From positions 1 to 51,861 of the forward strand of contig DATDNP010000083.1 in the NCBI GenBank assembly GCA_036518215.1: 51,861 nucleotides of DNA. Reading direction: 5' to 3'. The stretch is from Candidatus Limnocylindria bacterium (lineage in GTDB: Bacteria > Chloroflexota > Limnocylindria > P2-11E). Positions 36,040-44,870 of the stretch are shown piece after piece. Numbering within the stretch: the first letter of the stretch is position 1; each line of letters opens with the position of its first letter. The position numbers were made by a program, and so were the translations under genes. The notes beneath the pieces were generated by a model that worked only from the letters and a program-made list of their open reading frames with translations, was not told the origin of the DNA and made no database searches.

Positions 36040-37818
36040 ATGCGAAGGATCATCGCCGCGACGATCCTCGCGATCGTCGCGCTCATCGCGACGAGCGGCT
36101 CGAACGGGACGGCGTCACCGGAGCAGGCGGCTGGCGATGCCGCCGTGTTCGGCCCCATCGGCCTTCCGTCGATGGCACCGGGCGCCACGGTCTACGTGCA
36201 GATGCGCGTGACGAATGCCGGATCGACGACATGGTCGAGCCCCGCGATCGCGCTCGCGTATCACTGGTACACCACATCCGGCGCGCTCGTCGTGTGGGAC
36301 GGACAACGGACCGCGCTCGGCACCGTCGACCCCGGCGCCTTCGTGTGGGTGGGCGCGCGCGTGGTCGTTCCGTCGACGCCGCGCGACTACATCCTCGCGT
36401 TCGAGGTCGTCCGCGAGGGCGTGTCATGGTTCGGGAATGCGGTGACGATGCCGGCACGCGTCGAGGGCGAGACGTATCGCGCGCTCTACACGGTCGGTGC
36501 CGGCGCGAGCGTGCCGGTCGGCGACTACGTCGAGATCCCCGTCAGCGTGACGAACGCCGGGACCGCGACATGGCACGCGACCGGCGCGGGTCTCGTCGCG
36601 CTCGCGTACCACGTGTACGACGCGTACGGGCAGCTCGTCGCGTGGGACGGAGAGCGCACGCGCCTCGTGACGGACGTCGCGCCGGGCGAGACGCGTGTTC
36701 TGAACATGCGGGTGAGCGCGCTACCCGGCGCGGGCGACTACACGATCCGCGTCGATCTGGTGCACGAGGGCTTCGCGTGGTTCTCGACGCTCGGCTCGCC
36801 GCTCGTCGACACGAAGGTGCGCGTGTGGGGTGGCTTCGGCGCGGTCGAGGCGCCCGACGTCATGTGGGCGGGCGCGTATGGCACCGCGAACGTGAGCGTC
36901 ACGAACACGACGCGATCGACGTGGCGCGCCGGCGGGACGAACCCGGTGCGGCTCTCGTACCACGTCTATCGCTCCAGCGACGGCCTGCTCGTGTGGGACG
37001 GCGAGCGAACGTCGCTTCCGTTCGACATCGCACCGGGCGCGACGGTCTATCTCAAGGCGTATCTCCGCGCTCCGGCGACGCCCGGCGACTACGTCTACGC
37101 GTGGGATCTCGTGGAAGAGGGCGTGTCATGGCTCTCGTCCCGCGGCGTCGCCGCAGTGAGCGATCTCGTCACCGCGCGGGCGCTGCCGGCATCGCTCATC
37201 GCGACCGAGTGGTCGCGCATCCCGACGACCGACCGCGTCGTCGCGCTCACCTTCGACTGCGGCGCCAACGCCGACGGCGCGCAGAAGATCCTCGACGCGC
37301 TCGCGCAGAAGAACGTGCCGGCCACGTTCTTCCTTACCGGCAACTTCGTCCGGAGCTTCTGGAACGCGTCGCTCGCGATCGCCGACCGCTATCCGGTCGG
37401 GGACCACACCATGACGCATCCCGATCTGCGCACGCTGACCGATGCCGACGTCGCGAACGAGATCCACACCGGCGAGCTCGAGCTCTTCCAGCTGCCCGGC
37501 GATCCGCACCCGCTGTTCCGCTTCCCGTATGGCGGGAGCGATGCGCGCACCATCGCGATCGCGAACGCGTACGGGTACGGCGGCATCCGCTGGACGGTCG
37601 ACACGCTCGGCTGGGAGGGCACCTCGGGCGGACAGTCCGTCGCGACCGTAACGAGCCGCGTGCTCGCCTCGCTCCAGCCCGGCGAGATCGTCCTCATGCA
37701 CGTCGGATCGAATCCCGATGACCGATCGACGCTCGACGCTGACGCGCTCGCCGGCGTCATCGATCAGATCCGCGCTCAGGGCTACACGTTCACGACGCTC
37801 ACCGACTACGTCCCGTAG
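36040..37818 (+). CDS. Secreted polysaccharide deacetylase (CE4/NodB) with three N-terminal Ig-like repeats
   Basis: Signal-like MRRIIAATILAIVALIA. Three V.VTN.G..TW...YH.Y....WDG.RT.L units. NodB motifs LTFDCG, TFFLTG, HTMTHPDL, FRFPYG, WTVDT and IVLMH. Confidence 0.9.
   Translation: MRRIIAATILAIVALIATSGSNGTASPEQAAGDAAVFGPIGLPSMAPGATVYVQMRVTNAGSTTWSSPAIALAYHWYTTSGALVVWDGQRTALGTVDPGAFVWVGARVVVPSTPRDYILAFEVVREGVSWFGNAVTMPARVEGETYRALYTVGAGASVPVGDYVEIPVSVTNAGTATWHATGAGLVALAYHVYDAYGQLVAWDGERTRLVTDVAPGETRVLNMRVSALPGAGDYTIRVDLVHEGFAWFSTLGSPLVDTKVRVWGGFGAVEAPDVMWAGAYGTANVSVTNTTRSTWRAGGTNPVRLSYHVYRSSDGLLVWDGERTSLPFDIAPGATVYLKAYLRAPATPGDYVYAWDLVEEGVSWLSSRGVAAVSDLVTARALPASLIATEWSRIPTTDRVVALTFDCGANADGAQKILDALAQKNVPATFFLTGNFVRSFWNASLAIADRYPVGDHTMTHPDLRTLTDADVANEIHTGELELFQLPGDPHPLFRFPYGGSDARTIAIANAYGYGGIRWTVDTLGWEGTSGGQSVATVTSRVLASLQPGEIVLMHVGSNPDDRSTLDADALAGVIDQIRAQGYTFTTLTDYVP
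36170..37180 (+). repeat. Three tandem intragenic Ig-like domain repeats (~116 aa each)
   Basis: WDG codons at 36295, 36643 and 36994, spaced 348 and 351 nt apart. Confidence 0.8.
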
Positions 37819-37927
37819 CGCGCGCGAGTGCCATCGGCATGGCGCGGTGTGCTCGTCTCGCTCGTCTAACGGGCACGCCCGCCCGCTCATCACTCGCAGG
37901 CTCGCTGCGTGGTAGTCGGAGAACGTC

Positions 37928-37955
37928 GAGAGCCCCGAGCGAACTCGGGGCTCTC
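37928..37955. terminator. Strong hairpin between convergent genes (probable gltA terminator)
   Basis: Perfect 12-bp stem GAGAGCCCCGAG-CGAA-CTCGGGGCTCTC, giving a UUCG loop on the minus strand. Confidence 0.8.
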
Positions 37956-37979
37956 GTTCGATGACGGTGTGCGGGCGCG

Positions 37980-39146
37980 TCAGCGCTCGGCGATCGGGAT
38001 GAACTTCTTGCCCATCGGTCCCGTGTACTCGGACTCGGGGCGGATGAGCCGGTTGTCGGCGTGCTGCTCCATGATGTGCGCGCACCAGCCGCTGATGCGG
38101 CCCACCGAGAAGAGCGAGGTGCCGAGGTCCGCGGGGATCCCGAGGAACGTGTACGTCGTCGCGGCGAAGAAGTCGACGTTCACGATGTTCACCTTCGCGG
38201 CCGCGGCGGGCGACATCTTCGGGCGGCGCTCGGCGATCGCCTGCACGAGCTTCTCCTGGATGTCGTAGTACTTCGGGCCCTTCCAGTCCTTCTGCAGCTC
38301 GCCGGCGAACTTGCGGAGGAACTTCGCCCGCGGGTCCTCGGTCTTGTACACGCGGTGACCGAAGCCCGAGAACTTGTACTTGCGCTCGATGGCCTTGTCG
38401 ACCCATGCGTCGACGTGCTCGGGCGAGCCGATCTCGTCGAGCATCTTCATCGTCCCGTCGGTGGCACCGCCGTGGAGCGGACCCTTGAGCGCGCCGAACG
38501 CGGCGGTGACGCTCGCGTGCATGTCCGCCTCGGTGGCCGCGACGATGCGGGCCGTGAAGGTCGAGGCGTTGAGACCGTGCTCCGCCTGGAGGATGAAGCA
38601 TGTGTTCAGGATCTCGGCGGCGCGCGGGTGGGCCTCGTCGATGCCGGCCATGCGCGCGAAGTTCGCGGCGTGGCCGAGGGCTGGGTCGGGCGGAACGGGC
38701 TGCTCGCCCTTGCGCCGGCGGATGTATGTCGCGAGGATCGTCGGGAGCTTCGCGGTGAGCCGGATCGACTTGCGGTACTCGGCCTCGCGCGAGTTGTCCC
38801 CCTCGGCGGGGTCCTCGACCGCCGCGGCGGACACGACCGTGCGGAGCACGTCCATCGCCGTGCCCGATTCGGACATCTCGAGGAGGATCTGGCGGAGGAA
38901 CGGCGACAGTGCGCGGTGCTTCGTCAGCTCTGCCTTGAAGTCCCGGAGCTGCTCCTTGTTCGGAAGATCGCCATTGAGCAGGAGATAGGCGACCTCCTCG
39001 TATTCGGCCTTCGTGGCGAGCTCCTCGATCGGGTATCCGCGGTAGACGAGGAGGTTGTCCTCGACCTTGCAGATGGCGGTCGAGGCGGCCACGACGCCTT
39101 CGAGACCGCGTGGGGATGCGGCAGGCGCCGCTTTTTCAGTAGTCAT
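37980..39146 (-). CDS. gltA: Citrate synthase / 2-methylcitrate synthase
   Basis: GLEGVVA, YRGY, AEHGLNASTF, LKGPLHGGA, GFGHRVYKTEDPR, NVDFF and RISGWCAH. Confidence 0.95.
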   Translation of the reverse strand: MTTEKAAPAASPRGLEGVVAASTAICKVEDNLLVYRGYPIEELATKAEYEEVAYLLLNGDLPNKEQLRDFKAELTKHRALSPFLRQILLEMSESGTAMDVLRTVVSAAAVEDPAEGDNSREAEYRKSIRLTAKLPTILATYIRRRKGEQPVPPDPALGHAANFARMAGIDEAHPRAAEILNTCFILQAEHGLNASTFTARIVAATEADMHASVTAAFGALKGPLHGGATDGTMKMLDEIGSPEHVDAWVDKAIERKYKFSGFGHRVYKTEDPRAKFLRKFAGELQKDWKGPKYYDIQEKLVQAIAERRPKMSPAAAAKVNIVNVDFFAATTYTFLGIPADLGTSLFSVGRISGWCAHIMEQHADNRLIRPESEYTGPMGKKFIPIAER

Positions 39147-39201
39147 GTGGCCGAGTGTGGCATAGCGGTGTCACCCGGCTGCTAGTGCCCTTACGACCCT
39201 C

Positions 39202-39230
39202 TTGCGCGGGTCATTCGGCGAGCGTACAGT
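39202..39230 (+). promoter_or_regulatory. Sigma70-type promoter
   Basis: TTGCGC(39202-39207)-N17-TACAGT(39225-39230). Confidence 0.7.
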
Positions 39231-39236
39231 CCCGCG

Positions 39237-39390
39237 AACACGGTCACTCGCTGCTAAACACTTCAGGGAGGACGAAACAAAGGACCGGCCCCGCGCGTTA
39301 CATGCGCGGGGGTGCCTTTCTCAACGAAAGCCCCTCATCCCACCCACCAGCGGAGGGCGGCGGCCGAAGGGCCGGCGCCCTTTCGCTTTC
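39237..39390 (+). ncRNA. Candidate structured RNA (6S-like RNA or cis-acting attenuator)
   Basis: Bounded by the promoter and a terminator. GTCACTCGCTG pairs with CAGCGGAGGGC. Central bubble CTAAACACTTCA/ACCCAC, GGGA/TCCC upper stem, internal hairpins. Confidence 0.5.
39355..39390 (+). terminator. Intrinsic terminator
   Basis: GGGCG-G-CGGCC-GAAG-GGCCG-G-CGCCC followed by TTTCGCTTTC. Confidence 0.7.
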
Positions 39391-39430
39391 TAGCGCCGTT
39401 TCGTTCGCTATCTTGCGCGTTGAGAGGGAA

Positions 39431-40513
39431 GTGAAGGTTATCCCGGCGGCGCGCGAGCGCCGCGCTCCCGTTTCGCGAGAGCGCTACCGCGCCGTCGCGC
39501 GGCAGAGCGGGCTGGCGGCGCGCCTGCGACGGCGGCCGCAGCTCGAGCTGGCGATCCTCGCCTTGGCGGCGCTCTTCATGGTCGCCGTTGCCCCGCGGCT
39601 CACCGACGTCGTTGTCTCGGGGCTCGCCTCGCTCGGCACGAGCCTCACGCAGCTCGGGTCGTCGGACCAGGGGAACCGCTCGATCGATCTCCCGAGCGGC
39701 GGCGGCACGGTGACCGCGGCGCCGGTCGCGGCGGGACTTCCGGACTTCACGAACCAGTCCGCGCTCACCGTGAACGGCCAGGTGCCCGAGTTCGCGCTCG
39801 CGGCCGGCCGCACGGTCGACGTATCGCTGAACGGCACGTCGGTCGGGACGCTCACGCCGGACCCGAGCGGCGCGTTCTCCACCACGCTCACGCTCCGCGA
39901 TGGATCGAACGCCATCGTGCTCACGCTCCGCTCGGGTACCGACACGGTGGCGTCGTCCTCATACGTCGTCGTGCTCGACCGCCAGCCGCCGACGCTCACG
40001 GTGACGAAGCCGGCCGCCGGCGCGACGATCGACGGCCCGGACGTCACTGTCGAGGGAAAGGCGGACGTCGGCACGACGGTGACGGTGAACGACCGCACGG
40101 TGCTCTCCGCGCAGGACGGGACGTTCACGACGACGTTCAGCGCGACGGCCGGCCCGCAGACGATCACGATCGTCGGGACCGATCGCGCCGGCAACAAGAC
40201 GACCACGAAGATCGACGTCACCGTCCGCGACGCGGCCGCGTCGGCGCTCCTCGTGACCGTCGTCCTCGATCCGGCGACGGTCGCGCCCGGCGCGCAGACG
40301 ATCGCGACGGTGCGCGTCACCGCGAACGGGACGCCGAGGGTCGCTCAGCTCGTCACGCTCCTCGTCGGTCTCTACACGGTCGGCTCGTTCCGTACCGACG
40401 CGAACGGCGTCGCGCGGATCGGCTTCGCCGCGCCGCCGAACGTCGGCGATGCCGTCGTCCTCGTGCTGACGGACGGCGCGAGCGGTCGGGCGACGCTCAC
40501 CGTCGCCAAATGA
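39431..40513 (+). CDS. Membrane-anchored protein with extracellular Ig-like domains
   Basis: GAGAGG precedes GTG. Arg-rich N-terminus, one TM segment, then Thr/Val-rich beta domains (DRQPPTLTV, VEGKAD.GTTVTVN, GTDRAGNKTT). Confidence 0.8.
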   Translation: MKVIPAARERRAPVSRERYRAVARQSGLAARLRRRPQLELAILALAALFMVAVAPRLTDVVVSGLASLGTSLTQLGSSDQGNRSIDLPSGGGTVTAAPVAAGLPDFTNQSALTVNGQVPEFALAAGRTVDVSLNGTSVGTLTPDPSGAFSTTLTLRDGSNAIVLTLRSGTDTVASSSYVVVLDRQPPTLTVTKPAAGATIDGPDVTVEGKADVGTTVTVNDRTVLSAQDGTFTTTFSATAGPQTITIVGTDRAGNKTTTKIDVTVRDAAASALLVTVVLDPATVAPGAQTIATVRVTANGTPRVAQLVTLLVGLYTVGSFRTDANGVARIGFAAPPNVGDAVVLVLTDGASGRATLTVAK

Positions 40514-40529
40514 CCTAGCGTCTGCGTCC

Positions 40530-42158
40530 GTGACGCAGGCCGATCTCGTCCTCTTCTCGATCCTCGGCGGCACGGCCCTGCTCCTCTACGGCGTCCGTCT
40601 CGTCGGCGAGGGTCTGCAGCGCGCCGCCGGCACGCGCCTCCGGCACGTCCTCTCGACGCTCACGGGAAACCGCTTCAAGGCGCTGCTCGTCGGCGCGGGC
40701 GTGACGGCCGTCCTGCAGTCGTCGTCCGCGACGACGGTGATGCTCGTCGGATTCGCGTCGGCCGGGCTCCTCTCGCTGCGACAGACGATCGGCGTCATCC
40801 TCGGTGCGGACGTCGGCACGACGGTCACCGTCCAGCTCCTCGCGTTCGACCTGCTCTCGCTCTCGCCCCTCGTCGTCTTCAGCGGGTGGCTCCTGTGGGC
40901 GACGACGAAGGGGACGCCGAAGTACGTCGGTCAGGCGATCCTCGGGTTCGGATTCCTCTTCCTCGGCATGAAGCTCGTCGCCGACGGCACGGCGCCGCTC
41001 GAGCAGAGCGCGCTCTTCCGCGATCTCCTCGCCGCGCTCACCAACCAGCCGCTCATCCTGCTCATCATCGCGGCCGCGTTCTGCGGCCTCGTCCGCTCGA
41101 GCGCCGCGACGATCGGACTCGCGCTGTCGCTCGCCGCGGCCGGCATCCTGCCCCTCGCGGGCGCCATTCCGATCATCTTCGGCGCGAACATCGGCACCGC
41201 CGTGACGGCGCTCCTCGCGGCCATCGGACAGAACGCCGAGGCGCGACGGGTCGCCGCCGCGCACGCCGTCTTCAAGGTCATCGGTGTCGCGCTGTTCTAT
41301 CCGTTCATGGCGCCGTTCGCCGATCTCGTATCGCGGACCGCGCCGGACGTGCAGCGCCAGATCGCGAACGCGCACAGCATCTTCAACATCATCGTCGCCG
41401 CGGTCTTCCTGCCCACGAGCGCCGTTGCCGCCGAGTTCTTCACGCGCCTGATCCCCGAGCGCGAAGGCCCGTCCACCGGCGCGATGTACCTGAATCCGCA
41501 GACGCTCGACACGCCCGCCGTCGCGCTCGGCCAGGCGCTGCGCGAGACGCTGCGCATGGGCGACGTCGTCGTCGGGTCGCTGCGCGACACGCTCGTCGTG
41601 CTCGAGCGTAACGACGAGAACCTGCTGCGGCAGCTGGTCGCTCGCGACGACCTCATCGATCGCCTCGAGGAGGACATCAAGACGTTCCTCATCGGTCTCT
41701 CGGTGCAGTCGCTCACCGAGGAACAGGCGGAGCGCGAGACGGCGCTCATCTTCGTCATCGCGAACCTCGAGGAGATCGGCGATGTCATCGAGAAGAACCT
41801 CCTCGAGCTTGCCCAGAAGAAGATCGATGGCGGGCATGTGTTCAGCGCGCAGGGCTGGGCCGAGATCACCGACGTGCACACGAAGGTCGTCGAGAACCTC
41901 GAGCTCGCGATGTCCGCGCTCGCGGCGCAGGACCGCCTCATCGCCGAGAAGGTCATCCGCCACAAGACGCGGATCAACGAGATGGAGCGCGAGTACCGGC
42001 AGACGCACATCGACCGGCTGCACTCGGGCCTCCGCGAATCGATCGACACCTCGAGCATCCACCTCGACCTGCTCGCGAACCTGAAGCGCGCGAACTCGCT
42101 CGCAGCCGGTATCGCGTACGCGGTGCTCGGGCGGCACGCGGTCAATGGGGAAAGCTAG
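40530..42158 (+). CDS. Na/Pi cotransporter family protein with PhoU-like domains
   Basis: QSSSATTVMLVGF, GADVGTT, SSAATIG and GANIGT, followed by two PhoU-like helical domains. Confidence 0.93.
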   Translation: MTQADLVLFSILGGTALLLYGVRLVGEGLQRAAGTRLRHVLSTLTGNRFKALLVGAGVTAVLQSSSATTVMLVGFASAGLLSLRQTIGVILGADVGTTVTVQLLAFDLLSLSPLVVFSGWLLWATTKGTPKYVGQAILGFGFLFLGMKLVADGTAPLEQSALFRDLLAALTNQPLILLIIAAAFCGLVRSSAATIGLALSLAAAGILPLAGAIPIIFGANIGTAVTALLAAIGQNAEARRVAAAHAVFKVIGVALFYPFMAPFADLVSRTAPDVQRQIANAHSIFNIIVAAVFLPTSAVAAEFFTRLIPEREGPSTGAMYLNPQTLDTPAVALGQALRETLRMGDVVVGSLRDTLVVLERNDENLLRQLVARDDLIDRLEEDIKTFLIGLSVQSLTEEQAERETALIFVIANLEEIGDVIEKNLLELAQKKIDGGHVFSAQGWAEITDVHTKVVENLELAMSALAAQDRLIAEKVIRHKTRINEMEREYRQTHIDRLHSGLRESIDTSSIHLDLLANLKRANSLAAGIAYAVLGRHAVNGES

Positions 42159-42867
42159 GGCGTTCGTCGGGACGTCGGGCTGGTCATACGCATCCTGGCG
42201 CCCGAAGTTCTATCCCGAGGGGATGAAGGCGAAGGACTTCCTCCGCTATTACGCCGAGCGCTTCGGCACGATCGAGATCAACTACACCTTCAATCACCTT
42301 CCCACGGAGAAGAACATCGCGGAATGGACCGCCGCGACGTCGGCTGACTTCGTGTTCGCGCTGAAGGCGTCGCAGCAGATCACGCACCGCATGCAGCTGC
42401 GCGAGCCCGCCGAGACGCTGCCGATCTTCTTCGATCGCGCGCGCCCGCTCGGGCCGCGTCTCGGCGCGGTGTTGTTCCAGACGCCGCCGTGGGTGAAGCG
42501 CGACGACGACCGGCTCGCCATGTTCCTCGCCGCGCTCCCGCGCGACGTGCGCTGCGCGCTCGAGGTGCGCGATCCATCGTGGTACGTCGACGAGGTCTAC
42601 GAGCTCTTGCGCACCGCGAACGTCGCGCTCGTGCACGCCGAGGGCGAGAAGGCGCCCTCGCCGGTCGAGACGATCGGCGCCGTCGCGTCGTTCGCCTACG
42701 TGCGCCTGCGCGCGCCGTCCGGGTACGACGAGGGCGCCGTGGACGCATGGGCGAAGCGCCTCGGCGCGATCCGCGACGCGGGGAAGGACGTCTACGCGTA
42801 CTTCCGGCACGACGAGGACGGTTCGAACGCGCTCTCGGCGATGCGGCTGCGCGACCGCCTCGCGTGA
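42145..42867 (+). CDS. DUF72 domain protein
   Basis: VGTSGWSY..W...FYP, YYAERFGTIEINYTF, FALKAS, LFQTPP, ALEVRDPSW and YVRLR. Confidence 0.93.
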   Translation: MGKARAFVGTSGWSYASWRPKFYPEGMKAKDFLRYYAERFGTIEINYTFNHLPTEKNIAEWTAATSADFVFALKASQQITHRMQLREPAETLPIFFDRARPLGPRLGAVLFQTPPWVKRDDDRLAMFLAALPRDVRCALEVRDPSWYVDEVYELLRTANVALVHAEGEKAPSPVETIGAVASFAYVRLRAPSGYDEGAVDAWAKRLGAIRDAGKDVYAYFRHDEDGSNALSAMRLRDRLA

Positions 42868-43436
42868 TCCCCACCGCGATCGTCTCCGCGATCGTGATCG
42901 CCAGCTTTGGGATCTTCATGCTCGTCGCTCAGCTCACGCGGAGCCGCAACGTCGCGCGGCGCGGCGCGTCGACGCGGCGCGCGTCGGGCATCGCGCATGC
43001 AGCGACCTACTTCTTCTGGCTGCCGTATCTCGTCGTGTGGATGCGCCCCGGTCCCTCCTTCGACGTGCCGCTCATCGTGGTGTGGATCGGGCTCGTGCTC
43101 GCCGTCGCCGGCATCGCCTTCGCGCTGTGGGCGATGCGCACGCTCGGCGAGCACTACGACCTGACGCTCGAGATCCACGGCGGGCACCGCGTCGTACGCG
43201 AGGGACCGTACGCGATGGTCCGCCATCCGATCTACACGGGGCTCGCGATCCATTCGATCGGCGCGATGCTCGCGACCGGGAACGCGCTCTTCATCGCCGG
43301 GACGCTGCTCGTCACCTTCCCGCTGTTCGTGATGCGCGCGCGTGTCGAGGAACGGCTCCTGCGCGACGAGCTCGGCGACGAATACGTCCGCTACGCGCGC
43401 GACGTACCGATGCTCATACCCGGAGGTCCTCCATGA
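42864..43436 (+). CDS. Isoprenylcysteine carboxyl methyltransferase-family membrane protein
   Basis: WAMRTLGEHY, VVREGPYAMVRHPIYTG and EERLL...GDEY..Y...VPMLIP. Confidence 0.9.
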   Translation: MIPTAIVSAIVIASFGIFMLVAQLTRSRNVARRGASTRRASGIAHAATYFFWLPYLVVWMRPGPSFDVPLIVVWIGLVLAVAGIAFALWAMRTLGEHYDLTLEIHGGHRVVREGPYAMVRHPIYTGLAIHSIGAMLATGNALFIAGTLLVTFPLFVMRARVEERLLRDELGDEYVRYARDVPMLIPGGPP

Positions 43437-43699
43437 AGATGACGAACGACACGTACTGCGTCGTGTTCCAGGCGAAGCGCACGAAGGAGCTCTATTACCG
43501 CGACGAGAACGGTTGGCTGAAGGTGAGCTCGCGCGGCAACGCATTCCCCGCGACCGCGGAGCAGGTGCTGAATCATCTCCTGCCGGCGCTCGCCGTCGGC
43601 CAGCGGCACGGTCTGACGGTCACGGTAGAGCAGTACCGCGGCGCGTATTGGCGGACGCGCGTCGCTCGCGAGCGGCGGCAGTCGATGCGCCGGCGCTAG
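43433..43699 (+). CDS. 88-aa hypothetical protein
   Basis: GGAGG precedes ATG in an ATGA overlap. Sequence MKMTNDTYCVVFQAKRTKELYYRDENGWLKVSSRG...ATAEQVLNHLLPAL. Confidence 0.7.
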   Translation: MKMTNDTYCVVFQAKRTKELYYRDENGWLKVSSRGNAFPATAEQVLNHLLPALAVGQRHGLTVTVEQYRGAYWRTRVARERRQSMRRR

Positions 43700-44859
43700 G
43701 GCCGCGGTCCCGAGGCCGTCTCGGCGTCACGATGCGTCGGGAACATCCGCACCGCTACCGCCGATGCCGCGATCGAGAGCGCCGCCGCGGCGAGCGCGCC
43801 ACTGGACTGCGTGGACGTGACGACGCCCGCCGCCACGCCGAGGCCGAGCACGACGAAGCTGAACTCGCCGATCTGAGCGAGACCGACGCCGAGCTGCGCA
43901 CGGCGCGATGGGATGCGGAATCCCGCCGCGAGCGCGGTCGAGACGAGCGCCTTCAGAACGACGAGCACGAGGAAGGCCGCGAGCCACTGCGGCTCGCGTA
44001 CGACGGCCGCCGGATCGACGAGCGTGCCGATCGCGACGAAGAACATCACCGCGAAGAGATCGCGGAAGGGCAGCACCTCGCGCCGTGCCTCGCGCGCGAT
44101 CGGGCTGGACGAGAAGAGCAGGCCCGCGACGAACGCGGCGAGCGCGATCGGCACGCCGAACACGACGGCGCCGATGCCCGCCATGGCGAGCGCGGTCGAG
44201 ACCGCGACGATGAGGAACGAATCGTGTTCCTCCTTGATGGAGGCGAGGAGCCTCGGTATGAGCACGACCTGCGCGACCGCGGCGACGACGACGAACGCGA
44301 GCGCCGCGGCGAACGCGACGGCGGGCGATTCGCTGCTCGGTGCCAGGAGGACCGCGAGGATCGTCGCGACGACGAGCGTCACGACGTCCTGGAGGATCGC
44401 CCACACGATGAGCGCCCTCTCGGTCGCCGCGTCCGTCGTGCGCTTCCGGCTTCGCGTGATGTTCACGACGACGACCGAGCTCGAGAGCGCCGCGACGAGG
44501 CCGAGCGTCGCCGCGCCGAGTGACGGCGTGCCGAGGAGGAGGAAGAGGCCGCTGCCGCCGACCGCGACGAGCGCGACCTGGAGCGGGACGGCGATGAGCA
44601 TGCCGCGCGGCTCCCGTCTCAGCGAGCGGAGGTCGAGCTCGATCCCGACCTCGAAGAGGAGAAGCACGACGCCGACGTCGGCGAGGAGCTGGATCTGCTC
44701 GCGGTCAGCGACGTAGCCGGGCGTGAACGGGCCGACCGCGAGGCCGATGACGAGGTAGCCGACGACCGCGGGCAGCCCGATCCGCCGCGCGGCGACGCCC
44801 GCGACGGCGGCGACGAGCAGGATGACGCCGAGCTCGAGGAGCGGGAGCGCGCCTTCCAT
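43696..44859 (-). CDS. CPA2 cation:proton antiporter (Kef/YbaL-like, no C-terminal RCK domain)
   Basis: PAVVGYLVIG, GPFTPG, ADVGVVLLLFEVGIE, ALSSS, LQDV, FRDLFAVMFFVAIG and AQIGEFSF. Confidence 0.92.
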   Translation of the reverse strand: MEGALPLLELGVILLVAAVAGVAARRIGLPAVVGYLVIGLAVGPFTPGYVADREQIQLLADVGVVLLLFEVGIELDLRSLRREPRGMLIAVPLQVALVAVGGSGLFLLLGTPSLGAATLGLVAALSSSVVVVNITRSRKRTTDAATERALIVWAILQDVVTLVVATILAVLLAPSSESPAVAFAAALAFVVVAAVAQVVLIPRLLASIKEEHDSFLIVAVSTALAMAGIGAVVFGVPIALAAFVAGLLFSSSPIAREARREVLPFRDLFAVMFFVAIGTLVDPAAVVREPQWLAAFLVLVVLKALVSTALAAGFRIPSRRAQLGVGLAQIGEFSFVVLGLGVAAGVVTSTQSSGALAAAALSIAASAVAVRMFPTHRDAETASGPRP

Positions 44860-44870
44860 CGACCCCGAGG

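Noticed and set aside
39147-39270. Minus-strand rod-like fold with a GCAA loop as a gltA leader RNA
   Set aside because: The pairing is irregular and overlaps the plus-strand promoter. A CACACT box 7 nt before the gltA ATG suggests a leaderless transcript instead. It cannot be supported without covariation data.
39237-39360. c-di-AMP (ydaO) riboswitch reading of the 39.2 kb RNA (CGCTG...CAGCG ends)
   Set aside because: The conserved GGGGUGAAUC, GUAGGG and CCCGAACCCGUCAGCUAACC elements are absent.
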